From positions 66,047-130,046 of the forward strand of contig NZWR01000005.1 of assembly GCA_002698305.1 (NCBI GenBank): a stretch of 64,000 nucleotides of DNA. The letters are read 5' to 3'. Made by a program: the position numbers and the translations under genes. Shown piece by piece: positions 35,861 through 45,348 of this stretch (within the stretch, counting starts at the first letter, position 1; the number at the start of each line of letters is the position of its first letter). The notes under the pieces were generated by a model, which was not told the origin of the DNA, ran no database searches, and saw nothing but the letters and a program-made list of their open reading frames with translations. The stretch comes from Candidatus Campbellbacteria bacterium (GTDB taxonomy: Bacteria > Patescibacteriota > Minisyncoccia > Phycocordibacterales > UBA1006).

Positions 35861-37312
35861 TTAAGATTCAAGATATTTTTTTAAAATTTTTCTGTCATCA
35901 AAATTTATTTTCTTTTTTCCGATGATTTGATAGTCTTCGTGCCCCTTACCAAGAATAGTAATAATATCGTTTGGAAGTGCCATACGAACAGCGGCAGCAA
36001 TTGCCTCTTCCCTATCATGAATCACCAAATAACTTTCTTTATCTAAATTTTGTATCATATCCCTGAATATTTGATCAGGGTTTTCAGTGCGCGGATTATC
36101 TTGGGTAAAAATTGCTACATCAGCTTCTGTAACAGCAGCTTCAGCCATATAAGGTCTTTTACCAGGATCCCTATCTCCTCCACAGCCAAGCACGGTAATA
36201 ATCTTTCTGTGTTGTATAGTGTGTAGTGAATGAAGAAAATTTTTAACAGCATCTGCACTATGCGCATAATCAACAAGCGCGAGTACTCCCTTATCATTGG
36301 GGATAATCTCAGCTCTTCCGGGAACTGATGACAAGGAAGATAGTGTATATATAATCTTGTCTGTTTTTTGACCTAAACTGTATAAAACTCCATACACTAA
36401 CGCTATATTTATTGCATTAAAAGAGCCAAAAACATTCACACTGAAGGTAGCATTATTTATAGTAAGAGACATTCCCTCTACTGCCTGCTTTTTTATTGAG
36501 TAATGCACATCAGCCTCTTTCTGCGATGAAACAGAGAGTACAGAGCTCTCTGAAAGAATGCCCGTCATAAACTCATAATAATCATCATCTTTGTTGGCAA
36601 CGACCGTCCCACCTTCCTTTATTAGATCAAAGAGCTTTCTTTTACTTGCAGCATAATGATTCATAGTTAGGTGATAATCCAGGTGGTCTTTTTCAAGATT
36701 CGTAAAGACAGCACAATCTATGCTAATCCCTGCAAGTCTATTCTGATCGAGTGCCTGAGATGTTGCCTCAAGGCAAATATGAGTCACCCCCTTTTCTTTA
36801 TATTGTTGGGCTACTTTAAAAAATTCAATAGTTTCAAGAGTTGAAGGGGCCTCGCGATTAAGAGCTATGGTCTTTTTTTCAAAATAGTCACCTGCCGTTG
36901 AGAGTAATAGCGGTTTATAGCCTAAACCAAGAAGCGCCTGGTATGTATAGTTTGCCACACTTGTCTTTCCGTTCGTACCTGTAACAGCAATAACCTTTAC
37001 GTTTTCAAGAGGATACTCAAAAAATATATTACAAATAAGACCTAACACTTGTTTTGTATTTTCTACAAGTACATAACTAACATGATTAGCATATGAATCG
37101 AGTTTTTTTTCATGAAAGATGATGTCAGCCTTGTTACTGATCGCATGACTGATAAATTCATGACCATCTGCATGAGTTCCTTGAATAGCAAAAAAAACAT
37201 TATTACTGCTAGATGATTTTCTACTGTTGTGCGTCAAGCCATATAACTTTCTGTTATCAGCACCAGTCAGTTCATACTGGTCCAGACTGTGTAGTATTTC
37301 TTTTAAAATCAT
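35861..37312 (-). CDS. murE: UDP-N-acetylmuramoyl-L-alanyl-D-glutamate--2,6-diaminopimelate ligase
   Basis: P-loop IAVTGTNGKTSV and DYAHSADA. The DNPR motif (TQDNPRTENP) is associated with meso-DAP-adding MurE. Confidence 0.9.
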   Translation of the reverse strand: MILKEILHSLDQYELTGADNRKLYGLTHNSRKSSSSNNVFFAIQGTHADGHEFISHAISNKADIIFHEKKLDSYANHVSYVLVENTKQVLGLICNIFFEYPLENVKVIAVTGTNGKTSVANYTYQALLGLGYKPLLLSTAGDYFEKKTIALNREAPSTLETIEFFKVAQQYKEKGVTHICLEATSQALDQNRLAGISIDCAVFTNLEKDHLDYHLTMNHYAASKRKLFDLIKEGGTVVANKDDDYYEFMTGILSESSVLSVSSQKEADVHYSIKKQAVEGMSLTINNATFSVNVFGSFNAINIALVYGVLYSLGQKTDKIIYTLSSLSSVPGRAEIIPNDKGVLALVDYAHSADAVKNFLHSLHTIQHRKIITVLGCGGDRDPGKRPYMAEAAVTEADVAIFTQDNPRTENPDQIFRDMIQNLDKESYLVIHDREEAIAAAVRMALPNDIITILGKGHEDYQIIGKKKINFDDRKILKKYLES

Positions 37313-37369
37313 TATCTCAGTATATAAAAAAAAGACTTTTCAGTCTTCTTTTGAAATATTTACTTACAT

Positions 37370-38473
37370 CTAAAGGAGCTTAGTTATGTCATTAAATGTA
37401 ACTAAGAGCATTAATCCAATGAGCACGATAAACCCTATTCCATTAATAGCGTTAATTACCTTTGGATTGAGTCGTCTTCGTAGAATTGATTCTACAAAAA
37501 TAATCAAAATTCGTCCTCCATCGAGTGCTGGGAATGGTACCAAGTTTAGAACCGCAAGGTTTAGCGACAGAATTGCCGTAAAGCCAATAAGATATTGAAA
37601 TCCAACCTTACTCGCATCCCCCACCTGCTTAACAATACCAACTGGACCCGATACATTATCTGCTGATATCGAGCCAGTAATAAGGTCCCAAAAACCAATA
37701 GCAATATTTTTAATAAATCCAATTGTATTAAGGGCTCCGTAATAAAACGCATTAAAGAATGAAAGCTTCAGTTCACCCATTCTTTCTGCTGAAACTCCAA
37801 CAGCATATTTACCTTCAATAATTCCTTCTTCAGGAGTTAGATTTATAATTTCTAAGGACTCATCCCGTAGTACAACAAGGCCAATATTTTCATCTTCAGG
37901 ATACTGTTCATTAATAAAATTAGAAAAATCTTCTATTGTCTCATCAGATACACTCACTTGTGTGTCATCACTGAAAAACTCAACAATGATATCTCCTGGT
38001 AGTAATCCACCTGCTTCAGCTGGTGAATTTTGATTAACTGAGCTAACAATAAGCTCTGTTTCATTAAAGTCATATCCTGAAGGAGCTGACCCGACAGGAG
38101 CATTAATCCCCGACATATAGATGCCCGACAACAAAATCCATGCGAATACAATGTTAAAAAGAACTCCACCAAACATGACAAGAAACTGCTGCCAGCGAGG
38201 TTTATGTATTAACGAAACTTTTTTTTGCTCTTCAGTAAGCTCTGATCCATCATCTGATTCACCAAAAATCTTAACAAAGCCACCAAAAGGAATCCAATTC
38301 AACGTGATGTCAGTTCCTTTAAAATTTCCTATTGTAAATGCTTTTGGTGGGTAGCCAAAACCAAATTCGTCGACTCGAATACCGAACATCTTTGCAAAAA
38401 GAAAATGTCCAAGTTCATGTATAAAAACTAAAATCCCTAAGACAAGGATAAAAATAATAATATTCATAAACAA
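37370..38473 (-). CDS. rseP: RIP metalloprotease RseP (site-2 protease, M50)
   Basis: HELGHF zinc motif in TM1, a PDZ domain (SPAEAGGLLPGDIIV) and the C-terminal NLVPFPALDGG motif. Confidence 0.85.
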   Translation of the reverse strand: MFMNIIIFILVLGILVFIHELGHFLFAKMFGIRVDEFGFGYPPKAFTIGNFKGTDITLNWIPFGGFVKIFGESDDGSELTEEQKKVSLIHKPRWQQFLVMFGGVLFNIVFAWILLSGIYMSGINAPVGSAPSGYDFNETELIVSSVNQNSPAEAGGLLPGDIIVEFFSDDTQVSVSDETIEDFSNFINEQYPEDENIGLVVLRDESLEIINLTPEEGIIEGKYAVGVSAERMGELKLSFFNAFYYGALNTIGFIKNIAIGFWDLITGSISADNVSGPVGIVKQVGDASKVGFQYLIGFTAILSLNLAVLNLVPFPALDGGRILIIFVESILRRRLNPKVINAINGIGFIVLIGLMLLVTFNDITKLL

Positions 38474-39028
38474 CTATACAGACATTATATCTTGCTCTTT
38501 TCTCTTAAATATTTCTTCTGCTTGAGTATTTGCCGTATCAATCTTTTTTTGTAGCTCTTCTTGTAGACGCTTTTTATCGTCTTCCGCAAAATCACCATTT
38601 GACTCTCCAAGATCTATCTTTTTCATGGCATCCTGCCGCACACTTCGGATTTTTACCCGTGCATCTTCAAGTTTTTCTTTAATCAATTTAACAATCTTTA
38701 TTTTTGACTCTTCTGTCATTTGCGGTACATGTACGCGTACCCCAGTATCACCAACAGAGATTGAAAATGGAAGCCCTGAGTCTACTAGTGCTTTTTCTAT
38801 GTCTTTAATTTGACTTTTATCCCATGGAGAGATATTCATTGTCCGGGCATCTTCAAGATTGATAGAAGCTATATTCTTTATAGGTTGATATGAGCCATAT
38901 GATTCGACCTGAACCCCATCCAAAAGAGCAGGATTAGCTCGCCCTGTTGATATTTGTAAATATTCTTTCTTTAAAAAGTCATGAATGTCATGAAGACTTT
39001 TGTCAGTTTCTGTAAAATCAAAATTCAT
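38474..39028 (-). CDS. frr: Ribosome recycling factor
   Basis: 184 aa. LQISTGRANPALLDGVQVESYG and EDARVKIRSVRQDA are canonical RRF segments. Confidence 0.9.
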   Translation of the reverse strand: MNFDFTETDKSLHDIHDFLKKEYLQISTGRANPALLDGVQVESYGSYQPIKNIASINLEDARTMNISPWDKSQIKDIEKALVDSGLPFSISVGDTGVRVHVPQMTEESKIKIVKLIKEKLEDARVKIRSVRQDAMKKIDLGESNGDFAEDDKKRLQEELQKKIDTANTQAEEIFKRKEQDIMSV

Positions 39029-39055
39029 ACTACAGATATACCATATTTAGCTTTT

Positions 39056-39724
39056 TTAATGAATATCTTGCTCAATGGTAAGTGCAAGAGAATCAAGAAT
39101 CATCTTAAGTGAAGCACCGTTAGAGGAGATATATTCTTTAAGTTTGTATACTTGAGTTATGACATTCTGATAACGAGGAATATCCTGTACAAAGTGTGTT
39201 TCTGCAACATTCAAAATGTCTCTGACATCTGAATGGTTGAGGAAATCATCCTTTTTCTTGTCAGTACTTTTTTTAATGAATTCCAGTTTCTCAAATAATG
39301 AAAGAGAGAGAAATGCCAAGAACCATTCTTTATTTTTTTCAACAGTATTACGGTCAGCAACGTGAATAATTTCAAGTCGAGAAAGCATGGTATCAAGAAG
39401 ATCTTGAGTATTAGCAATAGTGAAAAAGAAATACGTATTTGAACTTGGATTTTCTATTGTTTTTAATAATGCATTTTGAGCCTGATAATTTATTGAGTCC
39501 GCATTGATTATAAAAATAACTGCTTTTTTAGTTTTTTCCTTTTGAAGGTTAATAATGTTTCTCGCGTCATCAATTTTAAACGATTCATACCTTTTAGCGT
39601 GGATATATTCAATATGCTTATCTCCAATATGCTCTCTTAGATCATCTACTGAAGGCATCATATTTATAAGGTAAGCATGGTGAGAGAAAGGAAACGTAGG
39701 AATATTGTTAGTAACAGAATTCAT
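39056..39724 (-). CDS. holB: DNA polymerase III delta'-like clamp-loader subunit (short, no P-loop)
   Basis: IDDARNIINL...AVIFIINADSINYQAQNALLKTIENPSSNTYFFF...DTMLSRLEI matches the sensor and SRC-like motifs of delta'. 222 aa. Confidence 0.6.
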   Translation of the reverse strand: MNSVTNNIPTFPFSHHAYLINMMPSVDDLREHIGDKHIEYIHAKRYESFKIDDARNIINLQKEKTKKAVIFIINADSINYQAQNALLKTIENPSSNTYFFFTIANTQDLLDTMLSRLEIIHVADRNTVEKNKEWFLAFLSLSLFEKLEFIKKSTDKKKDDFLNHSDVRDILNVAETHFVQDIPRYQNVITQVYKLKEYISSNGASLKMILDSLALTIEQDIH

Positions 39725-39776
39725 AACTATTAGTATAGCAAAAAGAATGTTCTCTGACCGGAATTATAAAAAGCAA

Positions 39777-40787
39777 TCATTTACTTATAATTGCTTTTTT
39801 ATAGGTATCAAGATGTTCAAGTGCAATTCCTGTTCCACGTGCAACGCAGAACAGTGGATCTTCTACAACATAGGCGCTAACCCCTGTTCTTCTATGAATC
39901 AAATCAGTTAAATTACGTAACTGTGATGTTCCCCCGGTCATAGTAATACCGTTATCAATAATATCTGATGCAAGTTCAGGTGGTACTTGGGCAAGTACAT
40001 CCTTGATTGCTTGAATCATGGTTTTTAATTCTTCATCAATAGCCTTTGTAATTTCGTTGGTCGATATTTTTACCGAACGTGGCAACCCAGTAACATAATC
40101 TCTTCCCTTTATCAGTACCTCAAGCTCTTCATCAAGAGGAATAGCTGAAGCGATTTTAATTTTAATTTTTTCGGCTGTCCGGTCTCCGATGGCAAGATTA
40201 TAGGTCTTTTTGATGTAATCAATAATAGCATCGTCGAGACGACGTCCAGCACATTTTACTGAATTTGAGGCAACAATCCCTCCAAGCGATATTACCGCAA
40301 CATCAATTGTTCCTCCACCAATATCTACAATCATATAGCCATTTGGTTGCTGAATAGAAATTCCTGCTCCAATTGCGGCAAGAATTGGTTCCTTTACAAC
40401 ATAGGCATTCTTGGCTCCTGCTCGGCGTGCAGCCTCGATAACAGCACGACGTTCTGTTGAGGTAATTCCAGCTGGAACAGACAAAAGAACGTCAGGTTTT
40501 AGAAAATTAAACCCTCCTAATGCTTGCTTAAAATAATAACGCAGCATCGTTTCTGTGACGCGGTAGTCAGCAATAACCCCATCTTTCATTGGCCTATAAG
40601 CAACAATTTCATCGGGCGTTCGCCCAATCATTTGTTTTGCTTCAGACCCAACTGCTAGCACCTTGTTATCCTGAATCGATATGGCAACAACTGACGGCTC
40701 ATCCAGAATAACTCCCTTCCCTGGTACAAAGACCAAGATATTTGTTGTTCCAAGATCAATTCCTAGTTTTTTAGTAAACATTCCCAT
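39777..40787 (-). CDS. mreB: Rod shape-determining protein MreB
   Basis: LGIDLGTTNILV, DIGGGTIDVAVISLGG and GITMTGGTSQLRNL are actin-fold phosphate and adenosine motifs. Confidence 0.9.
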   Translation of the reverse strand: MGMFTKKLGIDLGTTNILVFVPGKGVILDEPSVVAISIQDNKVLAVGSEAKQMIGRTPDEIVAYRPMKDGVIADYRVTETMLRYYFKQALGGFNFLKPDVLLSVPAGITSTERRAVIEAARRAGAKNAYVVKEPILAAIGAGISIQQPNGYMIVDIGGGTIDVAVISLGGIVASNSVKCAGRRLDDAIIDYIKKTYNLAIGDRTAEKIKIKIASAIPLDEELEVLIKGRDYVTGLPRSVKISTNEITKAIDEELKTMIQAIKDVLAQVPPELASDIIDNGITMTGGTSQLRNLTDLIHRRTGVSAYVVEDPLFCVARGTGIALEHLDTYKKAIISK

Positions 40788-41032
40788 ATCGCCATACTAT
40801 CATAGCTGGGTTTTTTGAGAATATTTGCTAGGGTATGAAAAACAATAAATTTATGAAATTCAAACATTTTATATTGTGCACTATTTTCAATATACACGAC
40901 TCAGAAAAAGCACCACTTGGAAAAATTGAAAGATGCAGGAGGTGTAAACACGAGAAAATATCTCAGCTATAAAAACACTTTAATAACCTCTGTTTCTTGG
41001 AAATAAATAAAGAAGAAGATGCAGAGAAGAAA

Positions 41033-41061
41033 TAAAAAGCCTCACGAACATGAGGCTTTTT
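41033..41061. terminator. Hairpin with A/T flanks in the mreB-murA intergenic region
   Basis: aaaaagcctca-cgaaca-tgaggctttttt. No annotated gene ends here. Confidence 0.4.
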
Positions 41062-41068
41062 TAGTTTT

Positions 41069-41094
41069 AAAATATAACATATATGTTATATTTT
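41069..41094. promoter_or_regulatory. Perfect 26-bp palindrome, candidate operator for the HTH domain of the downstream gene
   Basis: aaaatataacata|tatgttatatttt is self-complementary at 13/13 positions. It ends 4 nt before the ATG at 41099. Confidence 0.5.
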
Positions 41095-41098
41095 CAGT

Positions 41099-42634
41099 AT
41101 GCAAAAAGATACCTTACTGAAAGAACAAAAAAGAATTGGAACTTTTATTCGGTCCATTAGAAAGCAGCGTGGGATGACTCAAGCTGATTTTGCCAAAGAA
41201 TTAGGTACTGCCCAATCAGCTGTAGCTCGGATGGAGAAAGGAGGTCAAAACTTCTCTACCCAAGAATTAATTAGAATTGGGAATGTATTAGACCACCAAC
41301 TTATTAAACTTCAACGTGAGGAGCGTGATGATTTTATTATTCATGGAGGGAAAAAGCTCAAAGGATCGATAGAAACCAATACCTCAAAAAATGGGGCCAT
41401 GGGACTTATGCATGCAGCCCTTCTTAATAAAGGTACAACAATTCTTCATGGAATCCCTAAAATCCAGGAGGTTTATAGAATCATAGAAATTTTTCAAAGC
41501 ATCGGCGTTAAGGTTGAATGGATTAAAAAGAAAAGTATCAAAATAACCCCTCCAAAGAGGTATAAATTTGAAGATATCAATAAAAAATCTGCTCGTCGAG
41601 TTCGGTCATTTATGATGTCAATTGGACCACTTATTCACCATCTTAAATCATTTGAAATTCCAACAGCTGGGGGATGTAAAATGGGCGAACGTACGATAGC
41701 AGCTCACAGGCACGGTATTGAACAGTTTGGGGTAACGATTACGACAAAAAACTCTGGTTATCTTGTAGAACGTGGTCGGCTTAAACCAGCAGAAATTGTT
41801 ATGTACGAGGCATCTGATACAGCAACAGAAAATATTGTTATTGCTGCTGCTGGTATCCCTGGAACAACAGTTATTCATTTTGCTCAGCAGAACTATATGG
41901 TTCAAGATGTATGTTTTTTCTTAGAGAAACTCGGAGTTAAAATTGAAGGGATTGGTTCATTAAAACTAACTATTCACGGAGTTAAAAATATACATATTGA
42001 TGTTGAACATCATAACAGCGAAGATCCTATTGAATCAATGATGTTTATAGCCTCAGCGATTGCAACAAATTCAAAACTTACCGTTACACGTTGCCCGTAT
42101 GATTTCTTAAAACTTGAACTCCTTAAGTTGAAAAAAATGGGGGTTGAATTTTCATTTTCAGACCACTACACGTCGCGTAATAAAAAAACAAATCTTGTTG
42201 ATGTCACTATTCTAAAGTCAAACAAATTAAAAGCTTTATCAGATAAAATCCATGCTCAACCATATCCAGGGATTAACACTGACAACCTTCCATTCTTTGT
42301 ACCTGTGGCACTTAAAGCAAAAGGAACAACTCTTATTCACGACTGGATGTGGGAAAACAGAGCAATTTATTTCACTGAGCTTAATAGACTTGGTGCATCA
42401 GTCAGACTCGCTGACCCGCACCGCGTATATATCGAAGGAGGTGAAAAACTATCTAATGGTGAATTAGTCTGCCCTCCTGCCTTGCGGCCATCAACCATGC
42501 TATTGGTTACCATGCTGGGGATACCAGGACGATCAATTCTTCGTAATGTATATTCAATCAAACGTGGATATGAAAATATTGTTGAACGATTAAACTCTAT
42601 TGGTGCTGAAATTGAAGAGGTTAAAGAAATATAG
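41099..42634 (+). CDS. murA: XRE-family HTH domain fused to UDP-N-acetylglucosamine 1-carboxyvinyltransferase
   Basis: Residues ~10-70 (IGTFIRSIRKQRGMTQADFAKELGTAQSAVARMEKGGQNFSTQELIRIGNVL) form a Cro/C1-type HTH. The remainder is full-length MurA (IHGGKKLKGSIETNTSKNGAMGLMHAALL, catalytic-loop PTAGGCKMGERT with Cys retained). 511 aa versus about 420 aa for typical MurA. Confidence 0.85.
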   Translation: MQKDTLLKEQKRIGTFIRSIRKQRGMTQADFAKELGTAQSAVARMEKGGQNFSTQELIRIGNVLDHQLIKLQREERDDFIIHGGKKLKGSIETNTSKNGAMGLMHAALLNKGTTILHGIPKIQEVYRIIEIFQSIGVKVEWIKKKSIKITPPKRYKFEDINKKSARRVRSFMMSIGPLIHHLKSFEIPTAGGCKMGERTIAAHRHGIEQFGVTITTKNSGYLVERGRLKPAEIVMYEASDTATENIVIAAAGIPGTTVIHFAQQNYMVQDVCFFLEKLGVKIEGIGSLKLTIHGVKNIHIDVEHHNSEDPIESMMFIASAIATNSKLTVTRCPYDFLKLELLKLKKMGVEFSFSDHYTSRNKKTNLVDVTILKSNKLKALSDKIHAQPYPGINTDNLPFFVPVALKAKGTTLIHDWMWENRAIYFTELNRLGASVRLADPHRVYIEGGEKLSNGELVCPPALRPSTMLLVTMLGIPGRSILRNVYSIKRGYENIVERLNSIGAEIEEVKEI

Positions 42635-42641
42635 GGCGTAC

Positions 42642-42671
42642 AAATCTCTGCATTTGCAGAGATTTTGTTTT
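42642..42671 (+). terminator. Intrinsic terminator
   Basis: aaatctctgca-tt-tgcagagattt (11-bp perfect stem) followed by tgttttg. Confidence 0.7.
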
Positions 42672-42719
42672 GCCAGTTGAAAACTTGTATCTCCTTCATA
42701 ATACTTTTACTATAGAGGT

Positions 42720-44648
42720 ATGTTTATTCTTGAAGTTACTCCTATCGCAAAATCTTCTCACGCTGATACACTCAGCTATTTTTCGGTAAAAAAAGTAGAT
42801 CCAGGAGGCATCGTCGAGGTTCCTCTGCGTAAACAAAACGTCCTTGCTGTCGTTATGAGCGTCAACCCGGTCACCAATATAAAATCACAGATAAAATCTG
42901 CAGGCTATTCATTAAGAAATATTCATAAAATTATAGAGGGTCAGTTATATTCAAAAGCTCTTCTTGCAACAACGTACACACTGAAAGATTACTTTTGTAT
43001 CCCTCAAGGAAAGATTACCAGCCTCTTGTCACCAAAATTTTTGCAGGAAAACCAAAGCCTCTGGAAAAAAAGATCAAGCCATAAAAAAAGAGCTATAAAA
43101 AAACAAATACTAATGCGTCCATTTCCTGAGCGTATAGATTATTATAAGTCATTTATTAGAGAAAAACGCTCTGACAATGAATCACTTATTATTGTATGTC
43201 CGACTACTCATGAATGTGAAGAACTGTTTTATCAGCTTAATAAGAATACGACACATGTATTTTGCCTACATAGCGCTATATCCAAAAAGAAGAGAGTTGC
43301 GGGATATGCTGAAATCACTGAAAGAGAAAGCTCATCAGTATTGATCACCACTCCAAGCTTTATTGATACGCCGCTGTTTAATCTCACCACTCTTATTCTC
43401 GAGCATGAGTCATCCCCTCGGTATATAGCTGCTGCTCAGCATCTTGATTTACGAGTAGTCATAGATACTTTTGCTCGGTATGTCCATGCAGATATTATGT
43501 ATGCTGACAGCATCATTCGTCCTGAACGATGGTACGAGATAGAAAGAAAGTACATCGAGCGCATAGAACCATTTCAAAATGTTTTGCGAGATGTTACAAA
43601 CAGAATCGAGGTAGAGCAATTGAATGTACCCATCACCAAAAAAATAACAGACACAGAGCGAATAGCTCAACTAAATAAACAGGTGGCAGAGTTTAGTACA
43701 CTTTCAAAAAAATCGCATTCGCGTATTAAAAAAAGTATCAAAGACAAAGAGAATATTTTTATATTTTCATCTCGTAAAAGCTTGGCTCCTTCTATTATAT
43801 GTAATGATTGTGGGAATATTGTTGTATCTCAAAAAACGGGCCGGCCCTACTCTCTTTTCAATAAAAAATCAAAGCACGGGGGTACGACACGAGTTTTCAG
43901 AGACCCGCTTACCAAGGAAGTAATACCTGCCTATGATAACTGTATGTATTGTAAAGGTAATCGCCTCGTTCAACTTGGAGTTGGTACTGAAAGAATTTAT
44001 GATGACCTGAAACAATATCAAAAAAATGCAACGATAATTATTCTCGATGACAACCATAAGCTTTTAAAGAAAGAACGAGCAGAGCTATCTTCATTAATGA
44101 AGGACACCAAACACCCGGTAATAGTAATAAGTACGAGCAAAGGGTTCTCGTTAGAGGAAAAATTTGATAACGCGATAGTTGCATCACTGGACAGTATGCT
44201 CGGTAGACCACATCAAAACGTTGTTACTGAATGTTTATGGGTCTTATCCTCGATACTGAGAATGACAAAAGGTAGTGTTTATATACAATCTCGAAACATA
44301 ACGGAAAATCAGTTAGCAATTATCTATACTGGAAGGTATCAAGAATTTATCCAAAGAGAGTTACAACTCAGAAAAGAACTTGATTTACCTCCATACCTGA
44401 CAAAAATTTATATATCAAAAGAAATACAGAAAATACAACTTAAAAAAGTACATGTATTCATACAAGAACTTTTTCAAAAGGAAATGGTACATATCGATAT
44501 TATGTCTGGAAGAAAGAAATCGACTATAACGCTACGAGCAGAACTCACGATACCTAAAGGTACGTGGAATCCATCCTATCAAGAACCTGAGCTCCTTTTG
44601 AAAATAAAAGAACTTGCACGCACCTGGAACATCGAAATTGAAGCATAA
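42720..44648 (+). CDS. priA: PriA-like primosomal protein N' with degenerate helicase motifs
   Basis: PriA-type N-terminus (LSYFSVKKVDPGGIVEVPLRKQNVLAVV) and Cys-rich insert (CNDCGN...CMYCKG). No GxGKT Walker A (position reads RPFPERIDYY), and DExH is replaced by LEHES. Confidence 0.65.
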   Translation: MFILEVTPIAKSSHADTLSYFSVKKVDPGGIVEVPLRKQNVLAVVMSVNPVTNIKSQIKSAGYSLRNIHKIIEGQLYSKALLATTYTLKDYFCIPQGKITSLLSPKFLQENQSLWKKRSSHKKRAIKKQILMRPFPERIDYYKSFIREKRSDNESLIIVCPTTHECEELFYQLNKNTTHVFCLHSAISKKKRVAGYAEITERESSSVLITTPSFIDTPLFNLTTLILEHESSPRYIAAAQHLDLRVVIDTFARYVHADIMYADSIIRPERWYEIERKYIERIEPFQNVLRDVTNRIEVEQLNVPITKKITDTERIAQLNKQVAEFSTLSKKSHSRIKKSIKDKENIFIFSSRKSLAPSIICNDCGNIVVSQKTGRPYSLFNKKSKHGGTTRVFRDPLTKEVIPAYDNCMYCKGNRLVQLGVGTERIYDDLKQYQKNATIIILDDNHKLLKKERAELSSLMKDTKHPVIVISTSKGFSLEEKFDNAIVASLDSMLGRPHQNVVTECLWVLSSILRMTKGSVYIQSRNITENQLAIIYTGRYQEFIQRELQLRKELDLPPYLTKIYISKEIQKIQLKKVHVFIQELFQKEMVHIDIMSGRKKSTITLRAELTIPKGTWNPSYQEPELLLKIKELARTWNIEIEA

Positions 44649-44691
44649 TAGTGCTTGATGAAATAAATATCCATGATAGTATCTCTCTTAT

Positions 44692-44931
44692 ATGGCAACG
44701 AATGCAGATGTAAAGAAAACAAAAAACGATAACAATCTTGGACTTATTCGAAAATTCTCTCGAAAAGTTAAACAATCAGGAGTTATCCCAAAAGTTCGAA
44801 AAAAACGATATCACCAGCGTGAGGATTCTGATTTTAAAAAGAAAACAAATGCTCTTGTTAAGATCGAAAAACGAAAAGAATACGAGCGAAAGGAAAAAAT
44901 GGGGTTGATCAAACCTCGTGGACGTCGCTAG
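44692..44931 (+). CDS. rpsU: 30S ribosomal protein S21
   Basis: LIRKFSRKVKQSGVIPKVRKKRYHQRE matches the S21 core (RRFxRxxxxxGxxxExRxRxxxE). Highly basic, 79 aa. Confidence 0.8.
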   Translation: MATNADVKKTKNDNNLGLIRKFSRKVKQSGVIPKVRKKRYHQREDSDFKKKTNALVKIEKRKEYERKEKMGLIKPRGRR

Positions 44932-44932
44932 T

Positions 44933-45328
44933 ATGACAATCGTGGAATATAACAATTTTACAATCCAAAGAAGAACAAAAGGCACTATACCAAACGTGCC
45001 TTTTTTGGAATTAAAAAATGCTCTGCTTGGCAAAAAATATGAGCTCTCTCTCGTATTCCCCACCCTTAAAGAATCTATTGAGCTTCATACAGCATGGAAA
45101 AATAAATCTAATCCAGTTAATATTCTTTCGTTTCCTTTAGATGATAATGAAGGTGAAATTTTTATTACGCTTTCAAAAGCGAGGAGTGAGGCAAGAAAAT
45201 ATGGACGAACCTACCATAATCATCTTATATTTCTTTTTATTCATGGATGCCTTCATTTGAAAGGAATGGTTCATGGTGATAAAATGGAAGAAGCAGAAAA
45301 ATTTTGGTGTTCAAAATTTTTCATCTAA
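44933..45328 (+). CDS. ybeY: rRNA maturation endoribonuclease YbeY
   Basis: Zinc motif IHGCLHLKGMVHGD (HxxxHxxxxxH). Start is taken at MTIVEYNN, directly after the rpsU stop. Confidence 0.85.
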   Translation: MTIVEYNNFTIQRRTKGTIPNVPFLELKNALLGKKYELSLVFPTLKESIELHTAWKNKSNPVNILSFPLDDNEGEIFITLSKARSEARKYGRTYHNHLIFLFIHGCLHLKGMVHGDKMEEAEKFWCSKFFI

Positions 45329-45348
45329 CCACCCCATCAAATAACAAT

